From Candidatus Omnitrophota bacterium (GTDB taxonomy: Bacteria; Omnitrophota; Gorgyraeia; Duberdicusellales; 4484-171), in contig JBDRAN010000028.1 of assembly GCA_043823745.1 (NCBI GenBank), forward strand, positions 3,116 to 67,115: a DNA stretch of 64,000 nucleotides. Reading direction: 5' to 3'. A program made the translations under genes and the position numbers. Every line of letters starts with the position of its first letter. The first letter of the stretch is position 1. Under the pieces are notes generated by a model that saw only the letters and a program-made list of their open reading frames with translations, made no database searches and was not told the DNA's origin. This document shows positions 57,894 through 64,000 of this stretch, one piece after another.

Positions 57894-59402
57894 ATGCGAT
57901 ATAATGATGTGATAGGGAGTGTTTCGTCTATGATGCTTCACTATATTTCAATTTTTTTGAGGAGCGTGAAGATCGTTGATATCGTTGATATCGCGATCAT
58001 TTCGTTGTTGATTTATATTTTGCTGATTTGGTTTACACGCGCCCGCGCGAAATTTATGTTTATCGGCATGGCAATTGTGGGCGGTATTTATTTTGTAGCG
58101 CGCTATTTCGGTCTCTATTTGACCACCATGGCGCTCCAGGGTTTTTTTGCGTTTACCCTTATTATGATTGTGGTGATATTCCAGGATGATTTTCGCCATT
58201 TCTTTGAAAGTATTGCTATGGTGGGCGTTCAGCCTAAGCGACGTCTGTCAGCCTCGTTCAGCCAGAACATCATGAGCGTAAGTAACTCCTTTACCAATTT
58301 TTCACGAAAAAGAATAGGAGCGCTCGTTATCATACGGGGGATTGATCCTCTTGACCGGCATCTTGAGGCGGGGAATGCCCTTGACGGTATGATAAGCCAA
58401 CCGTTGCTTGAAAGCATTTTTGATCGTCATACACCGACTCACGACGGCGCGGTCATCATCGAGGGAGATCGGATCGCTCGCTTTGGATGCTATCTGCCGC
58501 TTTCTACCAATAGTGAGGCTATCGGTCGCGCCGGAACGCGTCATGCGGCCGCATTAGGGCTTGCTGAGCGCGTGGACGCATTGTGCCTCGTTGTTTCAGA
58601 AGAGGATGGCAGCATCTCCGTAGCGCAAGAAGGACGGATGAGGCATTTGCGCGATGCCGCGCATCTTGATGCGATACTTGAGGCTTTTTATCAGAGAAAA
58701 TTCCCGCGTAAAAAGGGAAACATCATTGTCAGCTTTCTTACCAGGCATATCGCAGAAAAAATTATAGCCGTTATTCTCGCCTGTGGTTTCTGGTTTACGT
58801 TTGCCCATCACACCGAGCTTATTCGTCGCGATTTTGTCGTGCCCCTTGAGTATCGCAACCTCGCGCCGGCCGCAGTCATTAAAGAGCCTAAGCCGAAAGA
58901 AGCGACCGTTACCTTAAGCGGCACGCAGCAGGAGTTTAATCTTCTTAAGCCTCAGGAGTTAAAAATATCACTTAACATGGAAAACGTCGGCGACGGTGAG
59001 CACACGATCGAGCTCACCAGGGACTCGTTGGGACCTCTTGCGGGGCTTTCGGTGGTTAACATTGAACCTGCCGCGGTTACGCTTGATGTGTATAGAATTC
59101 TTACAGTGATGGTTCCGGTAGAACTTAAGACAAAAGGCAAGGCGCCTTCAGGCGTTACGATTGCCACGATACGCCTGGAGCCTGAGGAATTGACTGCGCT
59201 CATTTCAAGCACCCTCGCCCAGAAGGCGTTTACTATTGTCACCGAGCCCATTGATCTTAAGCTGATAACGGCGGATACGACACTTACGCCCGGATTCGTG
59301 GTTCCCCCGGATATCCGTTTTCCGGATAATAAACGACCGGAAGTTAAAGTGATTGTTGATGTTGTTGAGCGTGATCAAAGCCAAACATCCGGTACCCCGT
59401 AA
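57894..59402 (+). CDS. cdaA: Diadenylate cyclase CdaA fused to YbbR/CdaR repeats
   Basis: 3 N-terminal TMs, IGALVI, THDGAV, GTRHAAALG, VVSEE, then TM and two YbbR-like repeats. Confidence 0.88.
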   Translation: MRYNDVIGSVSSMMLHYISIFLRSVKIVDIVDIAIISLLIYILLIWFTRARAKFMFIGMAIVGGIYFVARYFGLYLTTMALQGFFAFTLIMIVVIFQDDFRHFFESIAMVGVQPKRRLSASFSQNIMSVSNSFTNFSRKRIGALVIIRGIDPLDRHLEAGNALDGMISQPLLESIFDRHTPTHDGAVIIEGDRIARFGCYLPLSTNSEAIGRAGTRHAAALGLAERVDALCLVVSEEDGSISVAQEGRMRHLRDAAHLDAILEAFYQRKFPRKKGNIIVSFLTRHIAEKIIAVILACGFWFTFAHHTELIRRDFVVPLEYRNLAPAAVIKEPKPKEATVTLSGTQQEFNLLKPQELKISLNMENVGDGEHTIELTRDSLGPLAGLSVVNIEPAAVTLDVYRILTVMVPVELKTKGKAPSGVTIATIRLEPEELTALISSTLAQKAFTIVTEPIDLKLITADTTLTPGFVVPPDIRFPDNKRPEVKVIVDVVERDQSQTSGTP

Positions 59403-59440
59403 ACGCCAACCTAAACTGATGGTTAGAGGAGGACAGCGCT

Positions 59441-60490
59441 ATGTTTGAAAGATTCTCTAAAATCATAATTTTAAATAATTCTTTACTGAGCTACGGCGTG
59501 AGCCTGCTTATTTTTTTAGCAATCGTGGTGGTTGTTGTCCTGTTTAAGAAAATTATTCTCAAGAAACTAAAACGATGGTCTGAGAAAACAACGACGACGC
59601 TCGATGATTTTTTAATTTCCCTTATGCAACGCTATCTGCACCCGGTATCATATCTGGCAGCTTTTTACGTAAGCGCGCATTATCTCGTGTTGCCCGTATC
59701 GGTCGACAAGGCGATTGGTATTATTGTAACTATCGTATTGAGTTTCTCGATAATCCGCATTGTCATCGTGACCGTCGACTATATTTTCCAAAGCTATGTG
59801 TCGGCAAAAGAAAGTTTTGGCGCGGCTGCGCGTAGTTATAAAGGTATGCTTTCGGCAATTCAGGTTATCGTCTGGGGAATTGGAATAATTTTTCTTCTTG
59901 ATAATTTAGGTTTTAAGATATCGACGATCATCGCGGGCCTTGGTATCGGCGGTGTGGCGGTTGCCCTGGCCGCCCAGGCAATTTTAGGGGACCTTTTTAG
60001 CTATGTCGCGATATTAATGGACAGGCCTTTCGAGATTGGTGATTTTATCGTCGTGGGTGATTTTATGGGCACCATTGAGAACATTGGGATCAAGACGACA
60101 AGGATTCGCAGCCTGGGTGGTGAACAAATCGTTTTTTCTAATAGTGATCTTACCGGTTCGCGCATGCGTAATTATAAGCGCATGGATAAGCGCCGCATTG
60201 TCTTTCGGCTTGGTGTTACCTATCAGACTACCAGCGCGCAGGTAAAGGAAATCCCCCTGGTGATCAGGACGATCATCGCCAACGTTAAGAATGCTCTCGT
60301 TGACCGCGTGCATTTTTTTTCTTTCGGCGATTCCAGTTTAGTCTTTGAAGTTGTTTATTATGTCCTTAGCCAGGATTACAATATCTATATGGACGTTCAA
60401 CAGGAAATTAATTTTGCCATCAAAGAAGCGCTCGAGCAGCGGAATATCGAATTTGCATACCCAACACAAACCATTCATGTCAGCAAGTAA
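59441..60490 (+). CDS. MscS family mechanosensitive channel
   Basis: AGLGIGGVAVALAAQ, DRPFEIGD, IGIKTTRIRSL, FAYPTQ. Confidence 0.93.
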   Translation: MFERFSKIIILNNSLLSYGVSLLIFLAIVVVVVLFKKIILKKLKRWSEKTTTTLDDFLISLMQRYLHPVSYLAAFYVSAHYLVLPVSVDKAIGIIVTIVLSFSIIRIVIVTVDYIFQSYVSAKESFGAAARSYKGMLSAIQVIVWGIGIIFLLDNLGFKISTIIAGLGIGGVAVALAAQAILGDLFSYVAILMDRPFEIGDFIVVGDFMGTIENIGIKTTRIRSLGGEQIVFSNSDLTGSRMRNYKRMDKRRIVFRLGVTYQTTSAQVKEIPLVIRTIIANVKNALVDRVHFFSFGDSSLVFEVVYYVLSQDYNIYMDVQQEINFAIKEALEQRNIEFAYPTQTIHVSK

Positions 60491-60750
60491 CACGCAGGGT
60501 TAGAGGTGGCTTTCCGGATAGGCATAGATACAAGAGGATATTGCCCATAAAAAGAATTCTGCTCTTTCTGTTGCCAATTTTAATTATCGCGACGATCATC
60601 TCCATGCTTTTTGGAATGCTGCAGCATCGTTTAAGAGGAAGAGAAACGTATGGATCTTCATAGGAAAGCCCCGTACCTCGTACGCTCAGTATTATTTGAA
60701 AAGCCCGCGGGAAGTGGTAAAATTGTTAATACCTATCGCTGTCATGGGGA

Positions 60751-61446
60751 GTGACCAACAATATGCCAAAGTTCGTTAAAGCTCAAGAGCCCTTCAGATT
60801 CTATACACGGTTGCACCTATCCGAGGTAACCGGTTTTCGGGCAGCTACGCTGGAGCAGCTGGTAAGCCTTATCAAGGGAGTGCCGGGCGCCTCGATTTAT
60901 CATCATACGCATCGTTTCTTGCAGCAACATCAGTATCTTTCTCCGGAACCACCCAATGATTTTGCGTATTGGATCAGCCATGGGTTAGGGGAAGAGGAGT
61001 TGGCAGAGAGGCTTGCGAGTATTGATACGGTTCAATTCTCCACGATCCGCGCCCTGCGGAATAAAATCGCCCGCACGATTGACGACTACTTGGAAGAATA
61101 TCCTTCGGCGAAGCTTAAGTTTACGCGTTCGGATGAAGAATTTTATTTCATAAAATCAATAAGTTTCGCCCTACCCACCAAATACAACGCTACCGACCTG
61201 GGAGAATTCTTGGATATTTTAAAAAAAGTAACGATCGATTCGATATATTTTCATGTTTTCGAGTCCCGGTTACGTCTTGAAAAAGAAACAAATGACTTTT
61301 CGTATTGGATGGAGACCTCATTGGGCAAGAAAGCATGCGCCGATGAAATTGCCCGGCTGGACCCGTACACCTATACGCTTGAGGATTTGCGGAAGGCAAT
61401 TATAAAGATTATTGAGAAAAAAGGTAGCGTTTATGTCGATCATTGA
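60751..61446 (+). CDS. DUF5752 family protein
   Basis: Internal repeat SIYHH...NDFAYW / SIYFH...NDFSYW, usual partner of TreT. Confidence 0.8.
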   Translation: MTNNMPKFVKAQEPFRFYTRLHLSEVTGFRAATLEQLVSLIKGVPGASIYHHTHRFLQQHQYLSPEPPNDFAYWISHGLGEEELAERLASIDTVQFSTIRALRNKIARTIDDYLEEYPSAKLKFTRSDEEFYFIKSISFALPTKYNATDLGEFLDILKKVTIDSIYFHVFESRLRLEKETNDFSYWMETSLGKKACADEIARLDPYTYTLEDLRKAIIKIIEKKGSVYVDH

Positions 61447-62644
61447 ACAGTATGTACCTATCGTAGGGCAAGCCATCATCGATGATCTGCAGCTATTGGG
61501 TGAGAAGCTGCAAGGGAAAATCGTTCAGAATATTAATTCTACCGCGGTCGGCGGCGGGGTTGCGGAAATTTTAACCCGCATGGTTCCGCTTCTTAAAGAA
61601 CTTGGTGTTGACGCGCGCTGGGATGTTATCAAGGGTGGAGAGCATTTTTTTGAAGTGACCAAAAAGTTCCACAACGCATTGCATGGAAAAGCCGAAGAAA
61701 TTAATAAGGGTGATTTTGATGTTTTTCTTGAAACGAGTCGGCAGAATATTGAGGCAGTAGATACCTACGGGGATATTGTTTTTGTGCACGACCCCCAGCC
61801 TATCGCGCTTATCGAGAAGAGAGCTGCCAATAAATGGATATGGCGCTGCCATATTGATGTTTCCAAGCCCAGCCGGCAGGTTTGGAAATTTTTAATGAAT
61901 TATATCGTGAAATATGACTCTGCGGTATTTTCCGCTCCCAGTTTCTGCCAAAAGCTGCCGATACGGCAATTTTTAATTTCTCCCTCGATAGACCCTTTAA
62001 GCGATAAGAATAAGGAATTGCCCCAAGCAGTCATCGATGCGGTGTTGGAAAAATATCATATTTCTGTCGACAAGCCGATCGTAACCCAGATATCGCGTTT
62101 TGACCGGCTCAAAGACCCGCTTGGAGTAATCGAGGCGTACCGGCAGGTCAAGAGGTATATTGATTGCCAGCTTATCCTGGCCGGGGGAGGGGCTACCGAT
62201 GACCCCGAAGGCATGCAGGTTTTTGAGGAAGTGAAGGAAAAGGCGCGCGCCGATCGTGATATCCATATTTTATTATTGCCGCAGAATGATATCGAGGTTA
62301 ATGCGCTACAGCGGGCATCAACGGTCATCATCCAGAAATCGTTGAAGGAGGGTTTTGGGCTTACTGTCGCCGAGGCTCTCTGGAAATCAAAGCCGGTGGT
62401 TGCCTCGAATGTCGGAGGGATACCGTTGCAGATAAAACACAAATATTCTGGTTTGCTTTGTCATTCTATTGATGGTGCCGCGTTTGCGTTAAAACAGCTT
62501 TTAAACAGCCCTGCGTACGCCACCAAGCTCGGCGAATGCGGAAAAGAACATATACGGAATAATTTCCTGCTGACCCGCCACTTACGAGAGTATATGCTGC
62601 TATTTCTGTCTCTCTATCACCAAAACGATGTTGTCTATTTGTAG
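61433..62644 (+). CDS. treT: Glycosyltransferring trehalose synthase TreT (GT4)
   Basis: NSTAVGGGVAEIL, HDPQP, WRCHID, SRFDRLKDP, EGFGLTVAEALWK. Confidence 0.88.
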   Translation: MSIIEQYVPIVGQAIIDDLQLLGEKLQGKIVQNINSTAVGGGVAEILTRMVPLLKELGVDARWDVIKGGEHFFEVTKKFHNALHGKAEEINKGDFDVFLETSRQNIEAVDTYGDIVFVHDPQPIALIEKRAANKWIWRCHIDVSKPSRQVWKFLMNYIVKYDSAVFSAPSFCQKLPIRQFLISPSIDPLSDKNKELPQAVIDAVLEKYHISVDKPIVTQISRFDRLKDPLGVIEAYRQVKRYIDCQLILAGGGATDDPEGMQVFEEVKEKARADRDIHILLLPQNDIEVNALQRASTVIIQKSLKEGFGLTVAEALWKSKPVVASNVGGIPLQIKHKYSGLLCHSIDGAAFALKQLLNSPAYATKLGECGKEHIRNNFLLTRHLREYMLLFLSLYHQNDVVYL

Positions 62645-62722
62645 TACAGAGGGGCGCACGGGAATTCATTGCGTTGGTCCGCATCGCGTTTTTATGTGCG
62701 CAGAATAAAAGAAAGGAGCATC

Positions 62723-62878
62723 ATGACGCCAAGCGGTTGGATATTCTTGATATTGTCTTGGGGAAGTATTTTGAGCCTCGCGATATTTTGTTTTAGCCGC
62801 ATTCTGCGAAAAGGCCTTGGAGACAATGGCGCAGGCAAGATATCACCGCGATCAAAACGCGGGCAAGGCAAAGAGTGA
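62723..62878 (+). CDS. Small single-TM membrane peptide
   Basis: AAGGAG RBS, MTPSGWIFLILSWGSILSLAIFCFSRIL. Confidence 0.6.
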   Translation: MTPSGWIFLILSWGSILSLAIFCFSRILRKGLGDNGAGKISPRSKRGQGKE

Positions 62879-63006
62879 ACAGGACTATCGCTTCGGACTG
62901 GGGGGTTTTACTGCTCTTGGGAGCTTTTTTTGTCTTTTCCGTCCACGTCTTCACTGAAAGCAAAAAAAACTACAGAAATAATAAAACGCATAAAAAGAAA
63001 AAGTAG
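62875..63006 (+). CDS. Small single-TM peptide with basic tail
   Basis: GTGA overlap with previous ORF, DWGVLLLLGAFFVFSVHVF...KKKK. Confidence 0.4.
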   Translation: MNRTIASDWGVLLLLGAFFVFSVHVFTESKKNYRNNKTHKKKK

Positions 63007-63312
63007 TGCGGGCGGCCCATTTGATTCTAAGCGATATTTTTTACACTTGTTCCCTTTACGTGGGTATTAGCTTTACATTTCAAGGCAGCAACGGGGTTTA
63101 TAAGCCGCTTTTTTCTCACGCGCGCGCCGCCGACGCGTTTTTTACCCTGTCGGTTCTTTCTAAGCCGGAGCATTACGGTTATTATTTCTCTGTCTAGTGA
63201 TATCTGCCCGCGTCTTTCTCGTTTGGAAATATCTTGAATATCGTGAGCTTTTATAGTAAGATTTACCTTGTATTTACAGGGTCTTATTCTGTCCTCAGCC
63301 TTCTGTAATGTT

Positions 63313-64000
63313 ATGTCATCTTTAACGATTGTTTATATTATCACGGGAGTTTTGAGCGTTGTCGTTGCGTTACTTCTTGTCTACTTGGGAGGGTTATCTT
63401 CCCAGAATAAATCCCGTTTCGAACACAACCTTCCGTTAGGTCACGTCACGTCTCTTTCTTCAGAGGCATCTCTTGCAGATCAAATATTGGGCGAAATCGA
63501 AAATCTGGTTGGGTCGAAGCAGCAGGGTAAAGAGATTAGCCAGCGGGTTACGGCAGTTTTGGACAAAGAGCTCCAGAAGCGTGTTGCGCGCCAGGCGCAG
63601 GAACTGGCAAAACAATACGAAACTACTATCGAGCAGAAAGAAAAATCGGAGGAAATTGCCTGGGAGAAATATAAAAAGGTTATGATTGATAAAAAACAGA
63701 CTGAGGCGGTAATACGCAGTATCGCCGATGGTCTTGTCGTGGTTGATGCAGACGGGAATGTAATTATGATGAATCCTGCGGCGGAGAAACTTCTCGGTGT
63801 TTCAAAGAAAGATAAGATCGGTAAGCCAATAACCGGTGGAGTTAAGGATGAGCAGTTGGTTTCGTTTGCTCAAGGGGGGGCTGACCAGGAGGATAAGGAT
63901 ATTGAGCTCTCCAGCGGCCAGTCCGAAACTAAAAAAATCGTGCGGGCCTCAACCGCCGTTATTGAGAACGAAAACGGAAAAACCGTCGGTATGGTTTCGG
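63313..64000 (+). CDS. TM-coiled coil-PAS protein, probably a sensor kinase, 3' end outside the window
   Basis: Manual translation MSSLTIVYII...TEAVIRSIADGLVVVDADGNVIMMNPAAEKLLG. Confidence 0.8.
   Translation, partial: MSSLTIVYIITGVLSVVVALLLVYLGGLSSQNKSRFEHNLPLGHVTSLSSEASLADQILGEIENLVGSKQQGKEISQRVTAVLDKELQKRVARQAQELAKQYETTIEQKEKSEEIAWEKYKKVMIDKKQTEAVIRSIADGLVVVDADGNVIMMNPAAEKLLGVSKKDKIGKPITGGVKDEQLVSFAQGGADQEDKDIELSSGQSETKKIVRASTAVIENENGKTVGMVS

Noticed and set aside
63473-63685. 70-aa ORF
   Set aside because: Out-of-frame shadow of the truncated PAS protein starting at 63313.

Overview
Gene-dense bacterial chromosomal window, almost all on the + strand. Gene style and content suggest a diderm anaerobe such as Candidatus Omnitrophota (inference only). 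In order: (1) a minus-strand pair of a pol-beta-type nucleotidyltransferase (truncated by the window edge) and an HprK-like kinase; (2) FAD oxidoreductase, GT-C glycosyltransferase, cmoA and an ICMT-family methyltransferase; (3) a P-type ATPase behind a riboswitch-like leader; (4) an AbrB-TolC-MacA-MacB efflux operon; (5) a hydrolase / SMR pair / GNAT cluster; (6) a DEAD-box helicase and ispH; (7) a DUF134-led organoarsenic/arsenite resistance operon; (8) a ~15 kb two-component signalling island (4 histidine kinases, 7 response regulators) directly upstream of an MSHA/type IV pilus-like operon; (9) tatA/tatC and an AlkD-like repair gene; (10) a cdaA-cdaR fusion, mscS, DUF5752 and treT, then a truncated PAS protein. 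I recognised no rRNA, tRNA, CRISPR array or transposase. The most unusual signal is in the intergenic DNA, which holds several families of short dispersed hairpin elements. One family is built from inverted 7-bp tandem repeats (AGCGTAG...CTACGCT) and occurs as four empty copies plus one copy carrying a four-helix-bundle gene like a cassette. A second family is a MITE with CCCCGTTAGA termini and a TTTA duplication; it sits in-frame in a prepilin leader (rebuilding the G|FTLIE cleavage site) and at the 3' end of acr3. Smaller REP-like hairpins are nested inside these elements.
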